DNA of 64,000 nt from Candidatus Magasanikbacteria bacterium CG1_02_41_34 (GCA_001871445.1 MNVD01000014.1:28776-92775); one strand, 5' to 3'; counted from the first letter of the stretch, positions 50,357-59,747 are shown. The notes: generated from the letters alone by a model not told the origin. Numbers and translations are program-made.

Positions 50357-50358
50357 CT

Positions 50359-51570
50359 ATGGCAGAGCCGACCGTCCTCATAAAAAAAGCCGATGGAACG
50401 AGCGAGCGAGTGCCGTTGTCTTTGCTTAGAAAAAAAACAAGCGAGAATACTACTCCACCAACCCCAAACAACCCCATACCCACAGAAGAAAAAATATCGC
50501 AACCTGCAACCAGTGATCAGAAACCAGTTTTAGACGTATCCTCAGAAAGTTCTGATGCAGCAGAACCAAAAGAATTTGTTCCACCCAACAGCGAACACCG
50601 TTCAGCACCCCAAACGCCAAATCCTGCACCCACAAAAAAACAAACATTTCTCACCGCACCACCAGACCACGACACGCCAAGACAGACAGACGTATCTTCA
50701 AAAAGCGATCTCCCCATGGAAGAATCACCACACGAACTCGCAACCACGACGCCTGTTTCTGATTACTTCACTGATCTTGCAAAAGCACATGAGTGGAACG
50801 AACGTGATCATAGATCTCCACTCGAAGAGACAATCAATCATGAAGATGTAACAAATCCTCTTTCAACGACGATGCCGTCTGCCCGGTTTGAGGATGTTAC
50901 TATGGTGACAAAAAAACTTTCATTTTCAATACCAGTAGATCTTGAAAGTCGATTGCATTCTCTGATACAGTCACGACTCAAAGATATCCGAAGTGATGAA
51001 CAAGTTATCGACTATGCGACACGTCCTACAGAACATGGTGGTCTTGCGCTCACGAGTGAACAGGCACAGGAGCTCATACAAGTAATTCAGACGTCACTCG
51101 AGACATCTCGACAAGAACATATCCCCGCACCAAGAAGAACGGTCCAACAAACACCCTCAGCACAAAAAACATCGACAATTTTCGCAGACGCACCAACAAT
51201 GTCGCCATCTTCTGTGGGAAAAGACACGTCGTTTACAGACATTCATGCTCCAGAACCACTACAAAAAATTGTCGGGCCACTCGAGGAAATAGGGCAGATC
51301 ACATTGACTGATTTTCGTCGCTATGGAAAAGATCCCGCAAAAGCTACCGCAATACTGAAAGCGAAAATAACTGTTATCCGAGATGAATCTTACCTTGAGT
51401 TTCAAAAAGTAAAAGTGGCATGGACACAAAGTCCGCTGTATGGGCAGTATCTCTCACATATCGCACAGTCGCTCTCAGAAAAAACACCGCTTGCCATCTC
51501 AGACAGCGATGATATGTCTCCTGATGATATGAAAGAAATTGCCGTGTTTAGTGCGATGTTACGCATGTAA
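50359..51570 (+). CDS. Hypothetical protein (P/T/S-rich N-terminus, folded C-terminal domain)
   Basis: 403 aa; C-terminal GPLEE...TL.DFRR...W..SPLY segment; 2 nt after previous stop. Confidence 0.78.
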   Translation: MAEPTVLIKKADGTSERVPLSLLRKKTSENTTPPTPNNPIPTEEKISQPATSDQKPVLDVSSESSDAAEPKEFVPPNSEHRSAPQTPNPAPTKKQTFLTAPPDHDTPRQTDVSSKSDLPMEESPHELATTTPVSDYFTDLAKAHEWNERDHRSPLEETINHEDVTNPLSTTMPSARFEDVTMVTKKLSFSIPVDLESRLHSLIQSRLKDIRSDEQVIDYATRPTEHGGLALTSEQAQELIQVIQTSLETSRQEHIPAPRRTVQQTPSAQKTSTIFADAPTMSPSSVGKDTSFTDIHAPEPLQKIVGPLEEIGQITLTDFRRYGKDPAKATAILKAKITVIRDESYLEFQKVKVAWTQSPLYGQYLSHIAQSLSEKTPLAISDSDDMSPDDMKEIAVFSAMLRM

Positions 51571-51723
51571 CACATAACACATAACACATAACAAGAGGCT
51601 GATTATGGGATTGGGATACTATGCAATGGATAACATCGCATGATAAAGATCCATATATTCCTCAGCCAACCCTCGCATTACAAACTTGTTACGTGCTACG
51701 TGCTACGTGCTACGTGTTACGTG
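51568..51723 (-). repeat. Heptamer-armed hairpin element, copy D (inverted relative to A-C)
   Basis: (TAACACA)x3 left, (TG[T/C]TACG)x5 right; minus strand reads TAACAAG-TTTGTAA...GATCTT..CATGCGATG-TTATC-CATTGCATA...CTTGTTA. Confidence 0.82.
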
Positions 51724-51728
51724 AGTAT

Positions 51729-52163
51729 ATGCAACAATTCGTTGTTCCACAATTTATCGATGTTGAAGACAAGATTTTTGGTCCGATTACCACGAGGCAA
51801 TTTGTTATTTTACTTGCTGCCGGCATTACTATTTTCGGAACATATAGACTTGCCGATACGACATTGTTTATTTCGATTGCGGTTCTTGTAGGTATTATTG
51901 CGATCGTCTTTTCGTTTGTCAGAGTAAATGGTCAGGTGTTTCATGTTTTTCTTCTCAATATTATTCAGACCATGAAACGTCCAGGACTTCGTATTTGGCA
52001 CAAATCATATACAGACAAAGATTTGGAATATTTTATGCACAGTGGTGATGACGATGAAATTTCTGATCATGTAATCAAAAAGGCTGTGCACAAACAACAT
52101 ATTAAAGACCTGTCGCTGGTAGTAAATACAGGGGGATATTATAGACCTGATGAACATCTGTAG
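51729..52163 (+). CDS. PrgI family (VirB3-like) membrane protein
   Basis: QFVVPQFIDVEDKIFGPITTRQF followed by two TM helices; true start after the repeat. Confidence 0.88.
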   Translation: MQQFVVPQFIDVEDKIFGPITTRQFVILLAAGITIFGTYRLADTTLFISIAVLVGIIAIVFSFVRVNGQVFHVFLLNIIQTMKRPGLRIWHKSYTDKDLEYFMHSGDDDEISDHVIKKAVHKQHIKDLSLVVNTGGYYRPDEHL

Positions 52164-52223
52164 ATTGGGTGACCTTTCGTTCTGTTCATGATATACTTGA
52201 CACACTGCGTGTCAACGCATTGT

Positions 52224-52907
52224 ATGAAAGATACCAAAAAAAAAGCAAAGAAACATACGCGTCCTGCGACACAAACCTATCTTCCAATTGCGGAGATTCG
52301 AGATGGCGTTGTCGTATTGAAGGATGGAACGCTGAGAAAAGTGCTGATAACATCGAGCATAAATTTTGCATTAAAATCAGAAGATGAACAAAACGCGCTT
52401 ATTTCTTCGTATGTTAGCTTTCTCAATTCGCTTGAATTTCCTATACAGATTGTTGTACAGTCGCGTCGTTTGCAGATCAAGCCATATCTTGCAAAACTGG
52501 TAGAAAAAGAAAAAAAACAAACAAGTGAGTTGTTGCGAGTACAAATTGCCGATTATCGTGCCTTTGTGGAGGAGCTTGTAGATATCGGGCAGATCATGAC
52601 AAAACGGTTTTATGTGGTTGTTCCGTATGATTCATTATCAAACAGAAAAAAAGGTTTTTTTGCTCAATTTAAGGAAGTTTTGAAGCCTGCGTTCACGGTT
52701 CGACTAAAGGATGAACGATTTCAAAAGAGAAAAGAAGATTTGGAAGTACGTGTGCGTCAGGTGATGGGAGGTCTCGATGGCATGTCACTCCAGACCGTCG
52801 AGCTTGACACCGAGGCACTCATCGAGCTCTACTATATGGGCTACAATCCCGACATTGCCTTTGCCGAAAGCCTCGGAGATGTCGATGCATTGCAGATAGA
52901 CACATAA
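52224..52907 (+). CDS. VirB4/TraC N-terminal-like protein
   Basis: TQ.YLPIAEIRDGVVVLKDG, SSINFALKSEDEQ, FLNSLEFPIQI..QSR, FYVVVPY. Confidence 0.82.
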   Translation: MKDTKKKAKKHTRPATQTYLPIAEIRDGVVVLKDGTLRKVLITSSINFALKSEDEQNALISSYVSFLNSLEFPIQIVVQSRRLQIKPYLAKLVEKEKKQTSELLRVQIADYRAFVEELVDIGQIMTKRFYVVVPYDSLSNRKKGFFAQFKEVLKPAFTVRLKDERFQKRKEDLEVRVRQVMGGLDGMSLQTVELDTEALIELYYMGYNPDIAFAESLGDVDALQIDT

Positions 52908-52982
52908 CACGAATCACGTAACACATAGCACGTAACAATTCTTAAAAAATGTGTTATGTGCTACGTGATATGTGATTCGTGA
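52901..52982. repeat. Inverted heptamer arrays without central core (empty element)
   Basis: CACGAATCACGTAACACATAGCACGTAACA pairs with TGTTATGTGCTACGTGATATGTGATTCGTG across a short AT spacer. Confidence 0.75.
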
Positions 52983-52990
52983 AAAATAGT

Positions 52991-54859
52991 ATGCCATTCA
53001 AACCACTCACAAGAAAAACAGCCAAAAAAGAGCGTGGTCATGACCCGAAAAAGGATTTGACCAAGGATGATCTTATCACGCTCGAAGAAGAGCGGCTGTA
53101 TCGAGAGGGTACTGTAGCAATCAAAGATTTGATTGCACCATCCGCTTTTCGTGTAGAATCAAACTTTCTTCAGCTTGGTGAAGTTTTTTTGCGCACCATG
53201 TATGTCATTACGTATCCAAGATACATTTCTGTTGGGTGGAGTTCGCCAATTTTGAATTTGAATTCAACCATGGACCTCTCGATGTTTTTTTATCCTGTAG
53301 AATCTGCATTGATTCTCAAACAACTCAAGAAAAAAGTTGGTGCACTCCAAGCACAGTTATCAGGTGATGCAGAAAAAGGGGCTCCACGTGATCCTCTGAG
53401 AGAAACAGCACTTCGTGATATCGAGCAACTCCGTGATGATTTGACGCAAGGTATTGAACATTTTTTTCAATTTGCTTTTTATGTAACGATTTATGCAAAT
53501 GATAGAAAGGAACTTGATACGTTGACAGAAGATTTAGAAAATATTTTTGGCACAAGACTTATTTATACCAAAAATGTTCTGTTTCAGTCAGAACAAGGAT
53601 TCACCTCCACTATGCCGCTCGGGATTGATGATTTGATGGTGGCATTCAATATGAATTCGTCTCCTATTGCATCATCATTTCCATTTATGTCGTCAGAACT
53701 TACCAGTGACGATGGTATTCTCTACGGCATCAATCGGCACAATAATAGTTTGATTTTGTTTGATAGATTTTCACTCCAAAATGCGAACATGGTTGTCTTT
53801 GCAACGTCTGGTGCTGGAAAATCCTATGCTGTAAAGCTCGAAGTGTTGCGTAGTCTTATGATGGGGATCGATGTGATTGTTATCGACCCAGAACGTGAGT
53901 ACGAGCATCTTTCCGAAGCTGTAGGTGGCACATATATCAATATTTCGCTTGCTTCAGAAGGAAAGGTTAATCCGTTTGATTTGCCGCGTCCTGTTGGAGA
54001 ACAAGTGTCAACAGAAGATATCATTCGTAGTGCGGTCATCACGGCAAAAGGATTACTTCGTATCATGCTTGGCACGGTGACGGCGACAGAGGATTCTCTT
54101 CTTGACCGCGCTCTTCTCGAGGCATATGCCAAAAAAGATATTACCTCGTCATCTGACCTTGCGACAGTGGAGCCACCCATTATGCAGGATCTGCTCGATG
54201 TTCTCGAAGGTATAGATGGAGCAAGTGAATTGGTTATTAAACTGAGCAAATATACCGACGGGACCTTTGCAGGATTGTTCAATGCACCTACCAATGTGGA
54301 CGTGAATAATGCACTTGTTATATTCAGTGTCAGAGATCTTGAGGATGAATTACGTCCAATGGCGATTTATACGTTGGTAAATTATATTTGGAATATTGTA
54401 CGCAGTGAACGAAAAAAACGGTTGCTTATTATTGATGAAGCCTGGTGGCTCATGCAACATGAAGACAGTGCGAAGTTTATTTTTGCACTGGTAAAACGTT
54501 GTCGAAAGTATTATCTAGGCGTGACAACAATCACACAGGATGTCAATGATTTTTTGAGTTCTCAATATGGACAAGCGATTGTGACGAACTCTGCCTTACA
54601 ACTTTTGCTCCGACAGTCGCCAGCATCTATAGATATGATCCAAAAGACATTTTTGCTTACAGAAGGAGAAAAATATTTATTGCTTGAAGGAGCTGTAGGT
54701 GAAGGTATATTTTTTGCTGGATTAAAGCACGCAGCTATCAAAGTCGTTGCATCGTATACAGAGGATCAGCTCATTACGTCAGATCCAGAGCAACTTATGC
54801 AGATAGAACAAGCCAAAAAAGATTTTGAACAACAAGTTATTAGCCCTGGTAGATCATAA
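52991..54859 (+). CDS. virB4: VirB4-like type IV secretion ATPase
   Basis: YGIN, ATSGAGKS Walker A, VIDPEREY, INP-like VNPFD, IIDEAW Walker B, RCRKY, TQD. Confidence 0.88.
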   Translation: MPFKPLTRKTAKKERGHDPKKDLTKDDLITLEEERLYREGTVAIKDLIAPSAFRVESNFLQLGEVFLRTMYVITYPRYISVGWSSPILNLNSTMDLSMFFYPVESALILKQLKKKVGALQAQLSGDAEKGAPRDPLRETALRDIEQLRDDLTQGIEHFFQFAFYVTIYANDRKELDTLTEDLENIFGTRLIYTKNVLFQSEQGFTSTMPLGIDDLMVAFNMNSSPIASSFPFMSSELTSDDGILYGINRHNNSLILFDRFSLQNANMVVFATSGAGKSYAVKLEVLRSLMMGIDVIVIDPEREYEHLSEAVGGTYINISLASEGKVNPFDLPRPVGEQVSTEDIIRSAVITAKGLLRIMLGTVTATEDSLLDRALLEAYAKKDITSSSDLATVEPPIMQDLLDVLEGIDGASELVIKLSKYTDGTFAGLFNAPTNVDVNNALVIFSVRDLEDELRPMAIYTLVNYIWNIVRSERKKRLLIIDEAWWLMQHEDSAKFIFALVKRCRKYYLGVTTITQDVNDFLSSQYGQAIVTNSALQLLLRQSPASIDMIQKTFLLTEGEKYLLLEGAVGEGIFFAGLKHAAIKVVASYTEDQLITSDPEQLMQIEQAKKDFEQQVISPGRS

Positions 54860-54870
54860 CCTTTGCATGT

Positions 54871-55467
54871 ATGTTGGATATTCGTCAACGTCTGTTTCTC
54901 ATTGTAAGTATTGCTGTTCTACTTGTCTTGGCAATTGTCTTGAGTATTCTGGGAATAAAAAAATACAATGATACCACGTCTGTGAAGCTAGATATTATAC
55001 AGCAAGAATCTGGTAGTGGTGAAGAGCAGCCTCAAATGTATGATGCATCACTCAATTTGCAGCCAGTCATAGGTGATCCTCAGCAGCTTGGAAGTGTACT
55101 TGCAAATGAAGACGAAACCGAACGTTTTGTACGGCAGCGTTCCATTGATTTTGTAGAACGTTTTCTTTCTTATTCCAATCAATCACGGAATACTCATATT
55201 CGTGATGTACTTCCTCTCGTCACACCTGAGATGGCGTCTTGGATAGAGACGCAGTCGCAACACTATAGTGATATCTATCAAGGTAGTACCACACAGGTCA
55301 TCGTGAGTCGTATCGAAAATGTGACAGACCAGACTGCCTCAGTTCATGTAGAAGCACAACAACATCTTGAATCAAAAGATATCGATGAACGGGTATATCA
55401 TGTGGGTCGTGTAGAACTCGTCGAGACAAATGGTGTATGGTATGTCGATGGGTTGTATTGGGAATAA
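54871..55467 (+). CDS. Single-TM protein with NTF2/VirB8-like extracellular domain
   Basis: FVERFLSYSNQ, C-terminal V.LV....WYVD; position after virB4. Confidence 0.6.
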   Translation: MLDIRQRLFLIVSIAVLLVLAIVLSILGIKKYNDTTSVKLDIIQQESGSGEEQPQMYDASLNLQPVIGDPQQLGSVLANEDETERFVRQRSIDFVERFLSYSNQSRNTHIRDVLPLVTPEMASWIETQSQHYSDIYQGSTTQVIVSRIENVTDQTASVHVEAQQHLESKDIDERVYHVGRVELVETNGVWYVDGLYWE

Positions 55468-55494
55468 CCATGTATGGTATTTGTAAGGGGGGCT

Positions 55495-56190
55495 ATGAAA
55501 ACAGTGAAAGACTACCTCTTTCCTGTTTTTTGTTTGTCATGTGGAATAGAAGGGTTCTGGATGTGTGACAATTGTTTTAGTTTTATAGATATCACCACAC
55601 AATTGTTTTGTCCATTGTGTCATGAGAAAACATCTGCTGGGGAAGTGTGTCTCGTATGTATGAAAAAACAATTAACATCATTTCTTACGCAGCATATCGC
55701 AAGCACTATGTATGAAGAATCAGGACGTATTGGAAAAATTATTCATACATTAAAGTACGATTTTGCCGACGACAGCATGCCTGTGATTGAAAAGATTATT
55801 CAAACATGGGTAAAAAAACATAGAGATCATCTCCCAGACGTCGATGTGATTATTCCTGTCCCACTGCACAAAAAACGCTATGCCGAACGAGGATTCAACC
55901 AGGCAATATTGCTTGCTCGTGTGTTAGCAAAAGAGGGGGAAATTCCTATTGATGAAAACATACTTACACGTTCAAGAAATACGCCACATCAAGCTAGGCT
56001 CGATAGAGAAGGAAGGCTGCAGAATGTTAAGGAGGCATTCCATGTATTCACACTAGACAGTATACAAGGCAAACGTGTCTTATTAGTAGATGATGTGTAT
56101 ACCACAGGAGCCACTATGCAGACCTGTGCTGAGGCGCTTCTTGCTTCTGGGGCATCTTCTGTATATGGATGGACGTTGGCTCGTGGGTAA
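55495..56190 (+). CDS. comF: ComF family competence protein
   Basis: LFP..C..C double zinc ribbon, PVPLH..R..ERGFNQ, R..N...AF, LLVDDVYTTGAT. Confidence 0.94.
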   Translation: MKTVKDYLFPVFCLSCGIEGFWMCDNCFSFIDITTQLFCPLCHEKTSAGEVCLVCMKKQLTSFLTQHIASTMYEESGRIGKIIHTLKYDFADDSMPVIEKIIQTWVKKHRDHLPDVDVIIPVPLHKKRYAERGFNQAILLARVLAKEGEIPIDENILTRSRNTPHQARLDREGRLQNVKEAFHVFTLDSIQGKRVLLVDDVYTTGATMQTCAEALLASGASSVYGWTLARG

Positions 56191-56240
56191 GTGTTTTTTT
56201 GTATAAAAAAAACAAAGTTGTATATGACTTTGTTTTTTTG

Positions 56241-56327
56241 CGGAGAGTGGAGGATTCGAACCCCCGGTCCTCTTTCAAGGACGACAGTTTAGTAAACTGC
56301 TGCTATAGACCGCTCAGCCAACTCTCC
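56241..56327 (-). tRNA. tRNA-Ser with atypical anticodon ACU
   Basis: GGAGAGT/ACTCTCC-G73, long variable arm, anticodon arm GCAGT-TTACTAA-ACTGT. Confidence 0.88.
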
Positions 56328-56445
56328 ATATGTCTCTCTGTGAGGAAAGGGTAGAATTCGTTCCGACAGATGTCGGGATTATTGTTCCCTGAAATCCTTC
56401 CTTTTTTTCTTTCAATACGATATTCTTTTTTTGGGAAAAACGTCC

Positions 56446-56531
<86 letters not shown>

Positions 56532-56549
56532 CGATATTTTGATGCACAG

Positions 56550-56636
56550 CGGAGGGATAGGGATTCGAACCCTAGGTGGACTTTCATCCACAACGGTTTT
56601 CAAGACCGCCGCCTTCGACCGCTCAGCCATCCCTCC
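56550..56636 (-). tRNA. tRNA-Ser(UGA)
   Basis: GGAGGGA/TCCCTCC-G, GCGGT-CTTGAAA-ACCGT, long variable arm. Confidence 0.93.
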
Positions 56637-56766
56637 GCTTTACATCAAAATATATACGCTCTCTTAGAGAGAGCCTGAATAGTATAGCTTGTAATGCTAC
56701 ATTCGTCAATATATGTATGCAGAGGATTTCAAAAAATTAAAAAATTTGCTATAGTATAGCTATTAT

Positions 56767-57231
56767 ATGAACACACAAGGTGATGACATTTTTTCATTGA
56801 TTTTGGAGTCTCAAAAAGCCGATAGGCAGACACCAATCAATATATCCTCAAAGAAAAAAGAGGATGCATTTTCTGATTGGGCACCAACTGGAGAAGGTCG
56901 TCTTGCTATCGATGTCTATGACATGGATCAAGAGATTCTTGTCCTTGCACCAATGGCAGGCGTTGATCCCGAAACTGTGGATGTACATATTCATGAAGAT
57001 TTACTTTCTATCCGTGGTACACGACAAAAACCTGCATTAACAGATACGGCATCTGGACAGTATCATGCAGAGTGTTATTGGGGACCTTTTTCTCGAAGTA
57101 TTGTACTCCCTGCAGACGTTGTGTCAGGTGGGGCTGTTGCTGAATATACGCACGGACTTCTGAGCATCCGTATTCCAAAAGCAATGGAATCAAAAGGAAG
57201 AACAATTCCTATAGAAATTGTTGAAGAATAG
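56767..57231 (+). CDS. Hsp20/alpha-crystallin family protein
   Basis: GRLAIDVY, ECYWGPFSRSIVLP, GLLSIRIPK. Confidence 0.93.
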   Translation: MNTQGDDIFSLILESQKADRQTPINISSKKKEDAFSDWAPTGEGRLAIDVYDMDQEILVLAPMAGVDPETVDVHIHEDLLSIRGTRQKPALTDTASGQYHAECYWGPFSRSIVLPADVVSGGAVAEYTHGLLSIRIPKAMESKGRTIPIEIVEE

Positions 57232-57233
57232 AT

Positions 57234-59318
57234 ATGGAACATGATGTGCAACAAGAATTGAAAGAAGTAACAAAAAAAATGCAAACAATTTCTTGGGGGC
57301 GCATTTGGGTATGGGTTGTTTCTTTTCTTGTTATATTGGGCATTGGTTTTGGGGGATTGGTCTCCTATGCGTCTTCATACGAAAACCGTGTATTGCCAGG
57401 AGTATCAATAGGGAGTGTCCATGTTGGTGGTATGGACAGGGAAGAATTGACAACGTTTTTTCGAGAGATGAATAATAAGTTGGTGGATGCAGGAATTGTT
57501 CTTTCCTTTGATATAAATGGAAATACACAGCGTGTGTATATAGAATCAAGTGTGGTGGCACAAGATGCTTTTTTTGAGTTGATTCAAATGAATGTAGAAC
57601 AAGAGGTTGAACAGTTGTTGTCATACCAAAAAACTGGAAATTTATTGATACGTGGGTGGTCAGCATTGCTTGTGCGTGTTTCAAAACCTCAATTAGAACT
57701 GACTACCGTTATGCTTGATAGAGAACGGTTCGAAGAAGTTGTTGCTGAAAAATTGGCTCCATATATAGAAGAGGCGCGGAATGCTGATATTGACGTTTCT
57801 AGCATACAGCCACTTCTTTTTACTACTGTGAGTTCGACTGTAGGTGTGACATTTGCATATCAAGATATTATTGGAAAAATTGTTGCAGCATGGAATGCTC
57901 TTGAAGTACCAGAAATTACTATTGTGCGTATTGTCCAAAAACCAACACTTGTAGAAGTCGACCTTCAGCCGTTGCTCAATCGTTTACCCTACGTGTTTGA
58001 TGGAGGAGATATTGATCTCACATATACAGATGAACAAACAAAAAAAGAATCTACTTGGACAATTTTTACTGATGATATCGCACAGTGGCTAGAAGTTCAA
58101 ATGCATGAAGACGCCGTTGGTTTTGGGCTCAATGCTTCGTCGACAAAAGCATTTTTGGAAGAAACTATTGCACAAGAGATAGATCAAGATGCCCGAGAAG
58201 CAAAATTTGCGATAGGGCAAAACAATAAAGTCAATGAGTTCCAAGGATCTCGGCCTGGTATAGTTGTAGACATAGATGCTCTATATACCTCTCTCAATGA
58301 GGCTGTACTTCAGCGTACATGGGATGATGGGAGATATGTGACGTCATTGCCAGTCATAGTCAAACAAGTAGAACCAGCGGTAAAAACAGGAGAAGTCAAT
58401 GACCTTGGTATTACTGAAATTCTGGGTACAGGATATTCCAATTTTAGTGGTAGTCCAACAAATCGTGTTAAAAATATTCGTCATGCCGTGGTCGATAAAT
58501 TGAATGGATTATTGATAAAGCCAGATGAAGTTTTTTCATTGCTTGGTGCACTGCAACCTTTTACGATAGAAGGTGGGTATTTACCAGAACTGGTTATTAA
58601 AGGAGATGAAATTAAACCTGAGGTTGCCGGTGGTCTTTGCCAAGTGGGAACAACTTTGTTTCGAAGCGTCATGAATGCAGGGCTTGATGTTGTCAGTCGC
58701 CGAAACCATTCCCTTGTGGTGAGTTATTATAATGACCAGCGCAATGGAAATCCTGGGACTGATGCAACTATTTATGATCCTGCACCTGATTTTACATTCA
58801 AAAATGACACTGGAAATTATATTCTTTTGACCACCAACATGAATACGCAAAATGGTGATTTGACGTTCACTTTTTGGGGAACTAATGATGGCAGAAAAGG
58901 ATATTACACTGAGCCTGTTGTTCACAGGTGGATTCCAACAGGACCAGCACAGACTATTGAGACGATTGATCTTGCACCCGGTGTGCGAAATTGTCAAAGT
59001 GCCCATCCTGGAGCAGAAACATCGTTTACGTATGTACGTGTTTTACCAAATGGAGAGGAAGAAAAAGAAGTGTTTAGCAGTTATTATCGTCCATTACCAA
59101 AAATTTGTCTTGTCGGTATAGAAAAGAAGATCATACCAGAGCAAACATGTGAAACGCTCCCAGATGGCAATATCAATTGTTCTATTATTGAACAAACAGG
59201 TGATATCGTGCAAGAAGGGGTTACTATGGAAGATGACATACCTACTATCAATGCAGATACACTGACGCAGCAGGATGTCCTTTCGCAAGAAGACATGGTA
59301 GATCCTGGACAAGCATAA
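57234..59318 (+). CDS. VanW family protein with PG-binding (YoaR-like) domains
   Basis: NRVKNI, LNGLLIKPDEVFS, GGLCQVGTTLFR, RRNHS, DATIY, DFTFKNDT. Confidence 0.92.
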   Translation: MEHDVQQELKEVTKKMQTISWGRIWVWVVSFLVILGIGFGGLVSYASSYENRVLPGVSIGSVHVGGMDREELTTFFREMNNKLVDAGIVLSFDINGNTQRVYIESSVVAQDAFFELIQMNVEQEVEQLLSYQKTGNLLIRGWSALLVRVSKPQLELTTVMLDRERFEEVVAEKLAPYIEEARNADIDVSSIQPLLFTTVSSTVGVTFAYQDIIGKIVAAWNALEVPEITIVRIVQKPTLVEVDLQPLLNRLPYVFDGGDIDLTYTDEQTKKESTWTIFTDDIAQWLEVQMHEDAVGFGLNASSTKAFLEETIAQEIDQDAREAKFAIGQNNKVNEFQGSRPGIVVDIDALYTSLNEAVLQRTWDDGRYVTSLPVIVKQVEPAVKTGEVNDLGITEILGTGYSNFSGSPTNRVKNIRHAVVDKLNGLLIKPDEVFSLLGALQPFTIEGGYLPELVIKGDEIKPEVAGGLCQVGTTLFRSVMNAGLDVVSRRNHSLVVSYYNDQRNGNPGTDATIYDPAPDFTFKNDTGNYILLTTNMNTQNGDLTFTFWGTNDGRKGYYTEPVVHRWIPTGPAQTIETIDLAPGVRNCQSAHPGAETSFTYVRVLPNGEEEKEVFSSYYRPLPKICLVGIEKKIIPEQTCETLPDGNINCSIIEQTGDIVQEGVTMEDDIPTINADTLTQQDVLSQEDMVDPGQA

Positions 59319-59357
59319 ATTTTGCTAAAATTAGCCAAAAAATACTCTTTCCACAGT

Positions 59358-59393
59358 ACACACCTTGACAAAGGTGTGTTTGTGTGGTATAGT
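59358..59393 (+). promoter_or_regulatory. Consensus sigma70 promoter with palindrome over the -35 box
   Basis: TTGACA-N17-TATAGT with extended TG; ACACACCTT-GACA-AAGGTGTGT. Confidence 0.75.
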
Positions 59394-59399
59394 GAGCAA

Positions 59400-59747
59400 T
59401 CGGTTCATGAACCGTACAACTCTATCCCGCTTGCGGGACACATTATTATATTCGGCTGGACCGAATCGTACCAAGATATTATCGTATAGACTCGCAGTAA
59501 AGAAACGTGATAATGTGCTCTTTCATCGTACATCCTAGGAGATACAGTGAGTATTTATTAGATCGATTGCATATTCGTTTTAGTAAATACAACTCTGTAT
59601 CCACGACAAGCATGGAGGTGTGTCCTCGGCCTGCGTAGGCTCCGGCTCACACTTGAACAAGAACACACCTTCTTGGATACAGTTTCAGGGCATGCCCTGT
59701 ACATATGCAAAAAAAAGCTCGTTAGCCATATTGGTAGACGAGTTTTT
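59400..59747 (+). ncRNA. Candidate structured non-coding RNA (~350 nt), family unknown
   Basis: Promoter upstream, terminator at 59709-47, no credible ORF, many stems including a gCUUGc tetraloop. Confidence 0.6.

Noticed and set aside
51621-51728. N-terminal extension of PrgI (TCYVLRATCYVLR)
   Set aside because: It is the translation of the heptamer array; the family motif starts at ATG 51729.
43357-52982. CRISPR array
   Set aside because: Repeats are 7-nt tandem units and dispersed elements, not regularly spaced 25-40 nt repeats with unique spacers; no cas genes.
59400-59747. tmRNA, RNase P or SRP RNA
   Set aside because: No tRNA-like ends, no GAGGAAAGUCC/P4 motifs and no SRP domain IV motif visible on either strand.
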